64,000 nucleotides of DNA from a virus. Taxonomy: Duplodnaviria; Caudoviricetes. Each line of letters begins with the position of its first letter. Position 1 is the first letter of the stretch. The notes under the pieces were generated by a model. The model saw only the letters and a program-made list of their open reading frames with translations. It ran no database searches and had not been told where the DNA came from. This document shows positions 41,147 through 49,036 of the stretch, piece after piece. Position numbers and translations under genes: made by a program. The DNA is taken from positions 952 through 64,951 of IMG/VR virus record IMGVR_UViG_3300042878_000198, one strand, 5' to 3'.

Positions 41147-41437
41147 TTATTTGATTTTACCTAGTTCCTGTAAGGTTGTCAATTTTGCAAGTGATGCAGA
41201 CAACAAAGAATCTGAACGCTTTAGATTCATCGTAGCATTGTCAATCTTCAACTCCAATGCATCAATTTTTACTCCTTGCTTCTCAATTTGGCTAGTATAG
41301 TTTATTTTGCCATCAATATATAAGTAGCCGATTGCAATAATCACTAGGAATAGCATACCTTTTACCGGCTCTTTTGCAAATTCAGCAAAGCTAATTGGCA
41401 AAGGGTTTGCCTTAATCTCTTTTTTTTCTTCAGTCAT
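41147..41437 (-). CDS. Single-TM coiled-coil membrane protein (lysis-associated)
   Basis: TM helix MLFLVIIAIGYLYI plus coiled coil. Confidence 0.55.
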   Translation of the reverse strand: MTEEKKEIKANPLPISFAEFAKEPVKGMLFLVIIAIGYLYIDGKINYTSQIEKQGVKIDALELKIDNATMNLKRSDSLLSASLAKLTTLQELGKIK

Positions 41438-41672
41438 TTTCTTTTTTATTTGGGGTTTTAAATATCTTCTCAGCTGCCGTAATGCCTAAAGCAGCAGCGG
41501 ATAAAGCCGCAACAGAATAAACTAAAGCCTCTGATGGTTCGTTAGCCGAATCATGATTGGCGTACAAAGTGTAGCACAAAGCTATTGCAGCAAATACACC
41601 AACAAATCTTTTAGAAGATGCTTCTCCATTTTCAGATAAGAAGCCTTTTAACCAATCGAATAATTTTTTCAT
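41430..41672 (-). CDS. Holin-like two-TM protein
   Basis: SSKR motif, two hydrophobic helices and a charged C-terminus; upstream of the endolysin. Confidence 0.55.
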   Translation of the reverse strand: MKKLFDWLKGFLSENGEASSKRFVGVFAAIALCYTLYANHDSANEPSEALVYSVAALSAAALGITAAEKIFKTPNKKEND

Positions 41673-41806
41673 CTCCCTTGACCCTTATATGACTTCTTGT
41701 ACAACTTGCTTGACTTATTATTGCTAGTCTTGGTTTTGGCGGCTACGCCTTTACTATTCGACTTCTGAACGTATGAATTTGCAATTGAAATCTTCGCCTT
41801 CGCCAT
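41669..41806 (-). CDS. Small Lys-rich protein (45 aa, ...KLYKKSYKGQGR)
   Basis: Manual translation; fills the gap and has an ATGA overlap with the next gene. Confidence 0.65.
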   Translation of the reverse strand: MAKAKISIANSYVQKSNSKGVAAKTKTSNNKSSKLYKKSYKGQGR

Positions 41807-41807
41807 C

Positions 41808-42092
41808 CTACTTTAATATTTCAATGATTATTTTTAATGACCCCAATCCCACAAGTGTAACTAGTGCGTAAAAATAATTCTTGTATTTCTTTAATTCAGA
41901 CTTCAGCTCGTAAACTTCCTTCTTCATTGTCCTCAAATCTCCAATCATTCCATTAGAGTCCTTGTCAATAGGATTGCCTGAGAGTAAAGTGTGCATATCT
42001 TTGACGATAGCTTTCACTTCAGCAACGTCATTTTTCAACGAGTCCAATTCTGCTGCCATATAATCAAGCCTACTATTCTCGTGAGGGTTCAT
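41808..42092 (-). CDS. Coiled-coil protein with C-terminal TM helix (94 aa)
   Basis: ORF track; hydrophobic C-terminus. Confidence 0.6.
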   Translation of the reverse strand: MNPHENSRLDYMAAELDSLKNDVAEVKAIVKDMHTLLSGNPIDKDSNGMIGDLRTMKKEVYELKSELKKYKNYFYALVTLVGLGSLKIIIEILK

Positions 42093-42578
42093 TTACCAGA
42101 GAGCATTAATAAGTGTGGCCGTTGTCCCTGTTGACCTAAGTTTTACAACTTGAATAGGAAGTGTTGTGCCTGCAGGTACCCCATTAAACACAATAATATC
42201 CCCTCCTAATGTAACAACAGACACGTTGCCAGTCCCACCTACATACAAAAAGCAACCCGGATTACCCATGCCTGTTTGAGAAGACATTGCATAAACTGCA
42301 TAAACTTGAGCAGTTGATGTAAAGATGTCTGCATTTAAAGTAAGTTGAGTCTGACTATCAACAGATACTACAGTCGCTGCTGTTCCTGCCGTGTCATTGT
42401 GAACCACATCACCTGTCTTTACATTTTTTGTAATATATAGGGCAGCTGAATTAATTAATTTAAAAGCAGTTGTTGAAGTGTTTGACCCTCCTGCAATTTG
42501 ATTAGGGTAAGCAATATCAGCATTATCCGAAGGATGGGCTCTTAATGCTCTTGAGAAAGTTGTTTTAAAAACTGACAT
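42093..42578 (-). CDS. Capsid spike-base-like decoration protein with an inserted domain (161 aa)
   Basis: C-terminal LYVGGTGNVSV...FNGVPAGTTLPIQV..L..TGTTAT..ALW resembles the RcGTA Rcc01079 spike-base family. Confidence 0.6.
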   Translation of the reverse strand: MSVFKTTFSRALRAHPSDNADIAYPNQIAGGSNTSTTAFKLINSAALYITKNVKTGDVVHNDTAGTAATVVSVDSQTQLTLNADIFTSTAQVYAVYAMSSQTGMGNPGCFLYVGGTGNVSVVTLGGDIIVFNGVPAGTTLPIQVVKLRSTGTTATLINALW

Positions 42579-42583
42579 ATTTT

Positions 42584-42745
42584 TTATTGATTGTCTTGAT
42601 ATGGAAATGCTCTGTTTAATGCGTCTCTTCTAGCTTTACAGCCACAGTCTTTACCTGTTGCCTTTGATACGGCCTCTACTACTCTCTTGATTCCTGTCGC
42701 CTTTGTGACTTTCTCAATACTGTCTCCTAGCCCTTTGCTTTTCAT
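42584..42745 (-). CDS. Small basic protein (53 aa, GLGDSIEKVTKATGIK...DCGC)
   Basis: Manual translation; -7 box at 42755-42762. Confidence 0.7.
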   Translation of the reverse strand: MKSKGLGDSIEKVTKATGIKRVVEAVSKATGKDCGCKARRDALNRAFPYQDNQ

Positions 42746-42763
42746 AGATTTATACAAATATAA

Positions 42764-43102
42764 TTAAACTTTTGATACTCTATTTCCCATGCCAACTCTA
42801 GACTTCTCTGACTTCTTTGCAGATAATTTAGCTGGGCTAATCTCACTCTTGGTCTTCGGTGTCTTAGAAGACACTCGTGTAGTTGGTCTGCAGTATTCGT
42901 TCTTACCGCCAGCACCGCAAGCCTTACCGCTCTTGGTGTCTTGCCAGTTCTCCTTGTCCCAGCGTTTTAAGCTGGAGCCCTTCTCAGACTTAATAACATT
43001 GCCAGAAGACTTACGGCACTTGGCTATAGCCTGAGAGGCCCTAGCTGAAGGGAACACATCGTACGATGCCTTTACCTTTTTATAACAAGCATCCTTAGGC
43101 AT
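42764..43102 (-). CDS. Basic Cys-containing protein (DUF5872-like)
   Basis: LKRW.KENW.D...CG...YCRP motif. Confidence 0.65.
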   Translation of the reverse strand: MPKDACYKKVKASYDVFPSARASQAIAKCRKSSGNVIKSEKGSSLKRWDKENWQDTKSGKACGAGGKNEYCRPTTRVSSKTPKTKSEISPAKLSAKKSEKSRVGMGNRVSKV

Positions 43103-43103
43103 C

Positions 43104-43229
43104 TTACTTCTTTTTGATAGCTATAGAATTCTTCTTGGTCTTGCCTACGTTTCCTTTAAGAAACTTCATAGGCCCATCTAAGGACTTCTTAGATTCATAC
43201 TTAGCCGCTTCCTTGATACCGTATTTCAT
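43104..43229 (-). CDS. Small Lys-rich protein (41 aa)
   Basis: Manual translation MKYGIKEAAKYESKK...; fills the gap exactly. Confidence 0.55.
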   Translation of the reverse strand: MKYGIKEAAKYESKKSLDGPMKFLKGNVGKTKKNSIAIKKK

Positions 43230-43230
43230 A

Positions 43231-43356
43231 CTATTTTTTCTTTTTAGGAAGAACTCCCTTAGCAATCAACACATCCTTCTTGGTAACTTTACCGTCTCCA
43301 CTAACATCAGGGAATCCCTTCTTCTTGATAGCAGCCTTCTTAATGATATTTTTCAT
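43231..43356 (-). CDS. Small Lys-rich protein with an EF-hand-like loop (41 aa)
   Basis: FPDVSGDGKVTKKDVL; start at the internal ATG 43356 preferred. Confidence 0.6.
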   Translation of the reverse strand: MKNIIKKAAIKKKGFPDVSGDGKVTKKDVLIAKGVLPKKKK

Positions 43357-43512
43357 AGTTTTTCTTATTATTTTTGAATTCTTATAGAAACTTGAGTTAA
43401 AATCAAAGTCTTCTAAAAACCAACCCTTACAAGACTTTCTTTCTTTGCTCAGAATGAACTCCAATGTAGTACTTGCCATTTAAAATGCAAGTAGTCCTGT
43501 AAACAAAGTATC

Positions 43513-43785
43513 TCACTTTTTAGTGTTTGTTATTTTAGGACTGCTAGGACTCCATAATGACTTACAAGCCCAATGACGAGCGCTAAGTTTATCATTAGCT
43601 GTATCGCAACTATGTCTTGCTCGAAATGACTTTCTTGCCTCAGAGCTATAATTTGATTTATAGCCCTTTGCCCCAAAGTGGAGGAGCTTCTCCTCCCCTC
43701 CAGAACAACCCTTAACCATCTTCTTCTTTCCAGCTTTATCGGAAGGAACAGGACGGTTACACTGCATCTTTGACTTGTCAGCCAT
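43513..43785 (-). CDS. Basic protein with HFG...SFRARH.C...YW-type motif
   Basis: LLHFGAKGY...RKSFRARHSC...ARHWACK.LW, a common aquatic phage family. Confidence 0.7.
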   Translation of the reverse strand: MADKSKMQCNRPVPSDKAGKKKMVKGCSGGEEKLLHFGAKGYKSNYSSEARKSFRARHSCDTANDKLSARHWACKSLWSPSSPKITNTKK

Positions 43786-43790
43786 TTGTT

Positions 43791-43943
43791 TTATTTGCTT
43801 CTATAGGCTCTAGTAGCGTGACCCGGAGATACAGGTGCTTCCTCTACCTTCTCTTCCTGAACAACAGGAACATCTTTTACAACGGGAGATTTTACAACTA
43901 CCTCTTCCTCAATAAGCCCTGACTTTACTTCTTGCTTTGACAT
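43791..43943 (-). CDS. Small Glu/Val-rich protein (50 aa)
   Basis: Manual translation; fills the gap. Confidence 0.5.
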   Translation of the reverse strand: MSKQEVKSGLIEEEVVVKSPVVKDVPVVQEEKVEEAPVSPGHATRAYRSK

Positions 43944-43945
43944 GA

Positions 43946-44134
43946 TTACTTAGCTTTCTTAACGATACTAGCTACACCACCTGCTTTGATTGCAGAATTA
44001 GCGCTCTTAGAAGGAACCCCACCTGACATTGTCAACGGCTTTGCTTTCATTGGGTTCTTAATTGATGGACCCCCTCCACCTGCTGGTGGCTGCAATCTTG
44101 AAGATGCGGGAAGATTTGGAACTGATTTTTTCAT
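43946..44134 (-). CDS. Small basic low-complexity protein (62 aa)
   Basis: ORF track; A-rich start context. Confidence 0.6.
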   Translation of the reverse strand: MKKSVPNLPASSRLQPPAGGGGPSIKNPMKAKPLTMSGGVPSKSANSAIKAGGVASIVKKAK

Positions 44135-44156
44135 TTTCGTTTTTGTTTTAAAGTTA

Positions 44157-44408
44157 TTAATAATCTTTGTATTTCTGTTTAAATGTTTCCAGACGACCTA
44201 GTTTACCCAGTCCTGAGATTTTAGTAGTGCTACCAACTCTTCGCTCTCTGTTTTTGGAAAGCTTATCTTTAAGTCTTTGCTCACCCTTTTGCATAGCAGC
44301 AATGTCCTTGGCTTGCTTGTTTTTAAAAGTAATTGAATCCAATTCACTTCGAAGACTTTTTACCTCCTCTTCAGTGGTTTTTTCCTCAGGTTTCTTATTA
44401 GCCGCCAT
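44157..44408 (-). CDS. Basic hypothetical protein (83 aa)
   Basis: ORF track; first gene after the minus-strand -7 box at 44436-44443. Confidence 0.6.
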   Translation of the reverse strand: MAANKKPEEKTTEEEVKSLRSELDSITFKNKQAKDIAAMQKGEQRLKDKLSKNRERRVGSTTKISGLGKLGRLETFKQKYKDY

Positions 44409-44422
44409 AATTATAATTTATT

Positions 44423-44443
44423 TACCTTTGCTTTACAAATGTA
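44423..44443. promoter_or_regulatory. Overlapping divergent Bacteroidota -7 promoter boxes
   Basis: TACCTTTG (+, 44423-44430) and TACATTTG (-, 44436-44443). Confidence 0.65.
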
Positions 44444-44457
44444 ATAAAATAAAATCA

Positions 44458-44922
44458 ATGAAATCAAGCCCTTCAGACTACCTAAAGTTTTGGCGTGTAA
44501 TCAGATATTACGTAAAAGCCAAGCACCAAATAAGTCAGGCAGACCTTGACATTATCCTATTCCTATACACCGAAGGATATTTTGGTAAAGAAAAGTTTGA
44601 GCAATATGTGCAGCTAGTTAGCTGGGACAAAGACCGCTTCAACGACCTACTAAGAAACAAGTGGCTTGAACGCTTCAGAAGAAGAGGCACTGATGGCCGA
44701 GCCCTGTACTCTTTAAGCGACAAGGCAAAAAATTTAGTAAGAGACATCTATAGAAAACTTGAGGGAGAAGAGATTCCAACAAGCCTCTCCTTTAACCCCA
44801 TGTTTTTAAAGAACGTCTCCTACAATGATAAGGTCTATCGAAATATGATTCTTGAAATGAATGCCTACAACAGAGCAAACAAGTATCATACGCCAATCAA
44901 AGAGGATGACAATGATGGTTAA
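44458..44922 (+). CDS. Winged-helix (MarR-like) DNA-binding protein (154 aa)
   Basis: ISQADLDIILFLY...FNDLLRNKWLE.FRR....RALYSLSDKAK pattern; true start ATG 44458; only plus-strand gene in the late arm. Confidence 0.65.
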   Translation: MKSSPSDYLKFWRVIRYYVKAKHQISQADLDIILFLYTEGYFGKEKFEQYVQLVSWDKDRFNDLLRNKWLERFRRRGTDGRALYSLSDKAKNLVRDIYRKLEGEEIPTSLSFNPMFLKNVSYNDKVYRNMILEMNAYNRANKYHTPIKEDDNDG

Positions 44923-45176
44923 ATCACCACCACTACGTCACGCTCAGAAATAATTGTGTACTGCTTCTCGTTGATTAGCATGGTAAAGCTGTGCGACTTG
45001 TCATAGTACAGCTCATCACCCTCATCAATTACGTCAACATCAGTGCCTGTAGCCACCACCTCAGCTCTTTTGTATCGCAGTTGATTGGTATCTTCTCCCG
45101 ATAGTATAAGCCCGCTATGGGTCTTAATCTCCTCCTGTATGTCTTTAATAACAATGTACTTGCCGATGGGCTTCAT
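44919..45176 (-). CDS. groES: Co-chaperonin GroES (85 aa)
   Basis: MKPIGKYIVI, KTHSGLIL mobile loop, EVVATG, GDELYY and IISERDV. Confidence 0.88.
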   Translation of the reverse strand: MKPIGKYIVIKDIQEEIKTHSGLILSGEDTNQLRYKRAEVVATGTDVDVIDEGDELYYDKSHSFTMLINEKQYTIISERDVVVVI

Positions 45177-45187
45177 AGATTTTATTT

Positions 45188-45694
45188 TTATTTCCAATGA
45201 TTGTTCTCTCTCTCCCACCAAAATGTTAGGTCATGAGTCTCGTTGTTGTAGTACTTACCCACGTAGTCAGACTTATAAACTGAGCCTGTGTTCTCAAACA
45301 TGGACACAGAGTAAATGTCAGTAAGTCCACGATGTTTTAAGTGATTCTCTAAGAAGGTATAGTTGCCTCCTCGGATAACACCTGCCTCAACCATCAAGAT
45401 TCTCTTGTTGCCAATCTTATCTTGATAGATGTATAGTATTCTATTAAGCTCAATTACATAAGTTTCGTCCCAAATTTCGTCAGGATATGGGACATCTACC
45501 CCAAAGCCATCACAAATCTCACCATCAGCACTCAATAGGTGCCTAAGAGTCTGACCAATAATTGATGAGTAGTCTGTCGACACCGTTATGATGACAGTGT
45601 TATTGGCATTGAACCCATCTGTGATAAGCTCTGCCGCAATGTCCTCTATCAACAACTGCTCGTCATTGAAGGATACATTAAGTAGCTTTCTCAT
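45188..45694 (-). CDS. Type I phosphoribosyltransferase-like protein
   Basis: ILMVEAGVIRGGNY resembles a degenerate PRPP-binding loop; C-terminal DYVG...FWWE. Confidence 0.55.
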   Translation of the reverse strand: MRKLLNVSFNDEQLLIEDIAAELITDGFNANNTVIITVSTDYSSIIGQTLRHLLSADGEICDGFGVDVPYPDEIWDETYVIELNRILYIYQDKIGNKRILMVEAGVIRGGNYTFLENHLKHRGLTDIYSVSMFENTGSVYKSDYVGKYYNNETHDLTFWWERENNHWK

Positions 45695-45942
45695 ATTGTT
45701 CTTACAAATAAAGGAGTCTTTTCACCAACGTATGAGTTTAGAATATTGTAATCATAAAACTCAGAAGCCTCATCATAACTCATCCCGTCTTCCATTAGTA
45801 TTCTTATGATTTTGTCAACGTCATACACAAGTCTACCACTAGCATCGTCAAGGCCAATTATAGCATCATCATAACCGTCAGCTATCAAGAATTCCTCATC
45901 AGGCCACAACTCAATCATTTGCTCAATCTTAGTTCTGCTCAT
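45691..45942 (-). CDS. Conserved phage hypothetical protein (ADGYDDAIIG...YVGEKTP)
   Basis: Widespread small phage family motif; start at 45942 or 45918. Confidence 0.7.
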   Translation of the reverse strand: MSRTKIEQMIELWPDEEFLIADGYDDAIIGLDDASGRLVYDVDKIIRILMEDGMSYDEASEFYDYNILNSYVGEKTPLFVRTI

Positions 45943-47554
45943 AGCTACGTGCCATTGTAATGATGGCGTTAGTGGATAGAATTGTGACAGCAACACTGAC
46001 AGCGTTCTGCAATGCAGACCTAGTTACCTTTAATGGGTCAATAACACCCATGTCAATTAGGTCACCCATCTGCCCTGTCTTCAAATTGTAGCCATGTCCC
46101 ACCTGAACTGCATCTTTGTAGACATCACTCGGCAACAACCCTGCATTTGCAAGGATTTGTTGGAATGGAGCCATCATTGCGTTGACCATTATCTTTAATG
46201 CCGCCTCATGCTCATCACTAATGTTGAGGTCAACCATCTCAGCAAGCAAAGTAGCGCTCTCATCTACCAATGCTCTGCCAGCTCCGGGTAATATACCCTC
46301 CTCAAGTGCTGAACGCACCGCACAAACAGCGTCATCGACCCTGTCATACAGCTCCTTCTGCTCCAAGTCAGTCTGGCCACCCACAAATATGACCCCAATG
46401 CCGCCCGTTAATGACGCAATGCGCTCCAAAATAAAGTCTTTGTCCGCTTTGCGTGTACTTTGCTCATGTGATTGCCACAATTGTGCTACTCTCGAATCAA
46501 TTGACCCTTGGTCAACTTTAGCTGAGCTACGAATAATGATGGTTTTGTCCTTTGACACAATGACTTTTGCTGCATGACCCAAGTCACCATAGTTAATATG
46601 GCTCAAATCGTCACCAGTCTTCTCACTGAAGTAGGTTGCACCTACACTAATCGCAATATCTTGCATCAGCTCGTGCTGCTTGTAACCAAAATTAGGCGGA
46701 GCAACAGCACAAACCTTTAAATTACCCTTCATGCTGTTAGCAGCAAGCGTGTTTACCACGTTCACATTGCACGGTGAGATAATCAATAGCTTCTTACCCT
46801 CTGAAATGATGGGCTTCAACACGTTCTCAATCTGCAATATGTTCGCAATCTCCATGTCAGCCACTAATACCATCACATCATCGAAGATGCACTCGTCCTT
46901 CTTCATGTCATTAATGAACAGATTGCTCAAATAGCCCCTGTCAATCTTTAATCCCTTCGTAGTCTGGGAATATGTCTCACTAGTTTGGCTTCGCTCAACA
47001 GTAACTACACCGCTCTTGCCAACCTCCTTGTAAACCTCAGATATAATCTTCCCAATCTCCCGGTCGTTGTTAGCACTAAGAGCAGCAACATCCAATAACA
47101 TTGAAGTGCTTACCTTCTTGGACTTCTTGCGAAGCTTCTCCACCACCTTATTGCTGATGTCCACCATGTGTCTTAACACCTCGGTCCTATTCATTACCTC
47201 AGTGATATGCTCAAGCCCTCCAAGCACCAATCCTTCTGTCAATACAATCGCAGTTGTAGTACCGTCACCAGCAGTAGTAGCAGTGCGGTCAGCGGCCTCC
47301 TTCATCATCTTAACCGCAAGGTTCTCAACCGGGTCAATCAAGTCAATCGACCTAGCGACAGTTACACCGTCCTTAGTTACTGTGATACCATGCGTGTGAT
47401 TGGGGCTCTCTATTAACACCGTATTACCCGAAGGGCCTAGTGTTGACTTTACAGCCTTGGACATCTTTACGATGCCACTAATTAGTTTGGTTCTACCCTC
47501 GGTACCAAACTTTAAGTCCTTGGGCGAATAACCCAGTCCTGATGTCTCTACCAT
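45929..47554 (-). CDS. groEL: Chaperonin GroEL (541 aa)
   Basis: STLGPSG, VTKDGVTVA, AGDGTTTA, EEGILPGAG and GVIDPLKVTRSALQNA motifs; no GGM tail. Confidence 0.97.
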   Translation of the reverse strand: MVETSGLGYSPKDLKFGTEGRTKLISGIVKMSKAVKSTLGPSGNTVLIESPNHTHGITVTKDGVTVARSIDLIDPVENLAVKMMKEAADRTATTAGDGTTTAIVLTEGLVLGGLEHITEVMNRTEVLRHMVDISNKVVEKLRKKSKKVSTSMLLDVAALSANNDREIGKIISEVYKEVGKSGVVTVERSQTSETYSQTTKGLKIDRGYLSNLFINDMKKDECIFDDVMVLVADMEIANILQIENVLKPIISEGKKLLIISPCNVNVVNTLAANSMKGNLKVCAVAPPNFGYKQHELMQDIAISVGATYFSEKTGDDLSHINYGDLGHAAKVIVSKDKTIIIRSSAKVDQGSIDSRVAQLWQSHEQSTRKADKDFILERIASLTGGIGVIFVGGQTDLEQKELYDRVDDAVCAVRSALEEGILPGAGRALVDESATLLAEMVDLNISDEHEAALKIMVNAMMAPFQQILANAGLLPSDVYKDAVQVGHGYNLKTGQMGDLIDMGVIDPLKVTRSALQNAVSVAVTILSTNAIITMARSYEQN

Positions 47555-47610
47555 TTGATTTGATTTTATCTTTACACTTAACCTATACCATCCCTTGGGG
47601 TGGCATAGGG

Positions 47611-47618
47611 CAAATATA
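47611..47618 (-). promoter_or_regulatory. Bacteroidota -7 promoter box for groEL; equivalent minus-strand boxes at 11779, 20132, 23562, 39861, 42755, 44436 and 48334
   Basis: TAnnTTTG (TATATTTG, TATCTTTG, TAAGTTTG, TACATTTG), each just upstream of a gene start. Confidence 0.7.
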
Positions 47619-47625
47619 AGTATGA

Positions 47626-47896
47626 ATGTCGATTTTACAAGCCCATGTCGGTTTTATGCAGGTAATTCCAGACTAATGTCGATTAAGATGTTGATAAACA
47701 ACACGTTGTCAATAATGTCAGTTTATTTTCCCTACTTTCTCTATATATATATTCCTCCTTTATATTTTTTTTCCCCTTATATTTTCTCTTAAAATTCGAC
47801 ATTTTCGACATTAAAGAAATAAAGTATTAATAATCAATAAGTTAAGAAAAAAAAATCGACATAAAAATCGACATAAAACCATGTCAATAATGTCGG
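47626..47896. repeat. Iteron array A (ATGTC(G/A) left, TCGACAT right) around an AT-rich core; origin-like
   Basis: ATGTC-like units at 47626, 47645, 47676, 47688, 47706 and 47715; core TTCTCTATATATATA 47737-47751; TCGACAT at 47796, 47805, 47856 and 47868. Confidence 0.7.
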
Positions 47897-47971
47897 TTTC
47901 AACCGTAGACAGATTGTCTACAGTATATTGGGCATATTGTAGACTATCTATTGGGCAGTATACAGACCAGT

Positions 47972-48008
47972 AAAAAGAAAAGGGTGACCAATATGGACAC
48001 CCCTTTCT
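47972..48008 (-). terminator. Terminator hairpin after the 48077-48307 gene
   Basis: AGAAAAGGGTG...CACCCCTTTCT inverted repeat with a T-tract on the minus strand. Confidence 0.55.
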
Positions 48009-48076
48009 GGTACAAACACCCAAAACACTATGTGAATATCGGCAATTTATTTCAAAATTGCCATAATATAGTAGAC

Positions 48077-48307
48077 TTAATATTCTCCTTCCATCATGTC
48101 TTCTCTCATGTTGCCCATGGATACACCAGCAGCAATCACGTCAATCTTATCCATTCTCTTCATGGCCTTCTTGGCCACAGCAGCCTGAGCAATGCCAGAC
48201 ATACTATCAGGCCTGTTGTTAATCAGTCTGCCCCCTTGGACATCTAGTCCTTTGCCAATCATCATCTTGCTGGCATAAATCGAGTTACTCAATTTCAATC
48301 CTTTCAT
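48077..48307 (-). CDS. Hypothetical Met-rich protein (76 aa)
   Basis: ATG 48307 (MKGLKLSNS...GRLINNRPD); -7 box at 48334-48341. Confidence 0.65.
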   Translation of the reverse strand: MKGLKLSNSIYASKMMIGKGLDVQGGRLINNRPDSMSGIAQAAVAKKAMKRMDKIDVIAAGVSMGNMREDMMEGEY

Positions 48308-48659
48308 AATTATTTTTTTTAGTTGCAACTTCCCAAAGATAATAACTTTTAGATTAACAAAACTCTCACAAATACCAACCTATAGGTTGTCACAATTTTT
48401 TATAAACCCGTGACAAATTGGAACGCCTTGTTCGGATTAATTCCGATAAGGTTAAAGATATTTTACAAAAAGTATGATAATGTGCAATATATCGCACATT
48501 AGAAGCGTGTTCACGTAACATGAACGAGAGTCAAAAATGAACACGAGATAAATGTGGCCAAAACCTATTTTAATATTGACTTTTGGCAAGTTATAAAATA
48601 TCAGATAATTAGAGTGTGGGGGCTATATAGCAGTTTGACGCAGCGAGCTTGCTGCAGGA

Positions 48660-48850
48660 AACGACTTTTTTTTGATGGGGTGGGGGTCGGATTTGGTCGG
48701 CCCCTGTCCGATTTTTTGGCGTTTTGCCTAGCCTCTGGATAGCCCCGGGGCAGGGCCCGAGGCTCCCCCGGGGCTCCATGGCCCGAAGGCCCGAAGGCCC
48801 TAGCTACCTGCCTGCCTGCCTGCTTGCGCCATGGGGAGCACACGCCATGG
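48660..48850. other. GC-rich non-coding island at the strand switch; candidate genome terminus/packaging region
   Basis: Abrupt high GC with GGGGTGGGGG, (GGCCCGAA)x2 and (CCTG)x4 between the divergent arms. The functional call is inference. Confidence 0.4.
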
Positions 48851-48970
48851 AGAGTACAGGAGAGACAACAAGAGGGGTCTCTTTATACGTGCCTATTCCT
48901 TGTCACGCTAAAACTTCGTGCCCTAATAGTTGTCACGCTAACTAATTGACTATAAAAAAATTACAGGGAT

Positions 48971-49036
48971 ATTTAAAAAAAATTTAAAAATATTTTACAA
49001 AATGCTTGCATATGTACTAGTAATGTGCTAGAATTG
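48971..49036 (+). promoter_or_regulatory. Strong early host-RNAP promoter
   Basis: A/T-tract UP-like region, CTTG (49005-49008), 20-nt spacer, TAGAATTG (49029-49036); fits the Bacteroidota -33/-7 consensus with mismatches. Confidence 0.6.

Noticed and set aside
43357-43479. Upstream extension of the EF-hand-like ORF
   Set aside because: Composition shifts at ATG 43356, which has the better A-rich start context; the extension is unsupported.
44167-44457. N-terminal extension of the wHTH ORF in the track
   Set aside because: It is antisense to a real gene; the promoter box and A-rich leader point to ATG 44458.
2261-47416. Many 60-130-aa plus-strand ORFs in the track across the late arm, and minus-strand ones in the early arm
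   Set aside because: They are antisense shadows of long real genes, with no start context or recognisable motifs.
47626-47896. CRISPR-like array
   Set aside because: Repeats are 6-7 nt, irregularly spaced and in both orientations.
48554-48945. ORFs across the GC island
   Set aside because: Composition is unlike other genes here, and open frames are expected by chance in GC-rich DNA.
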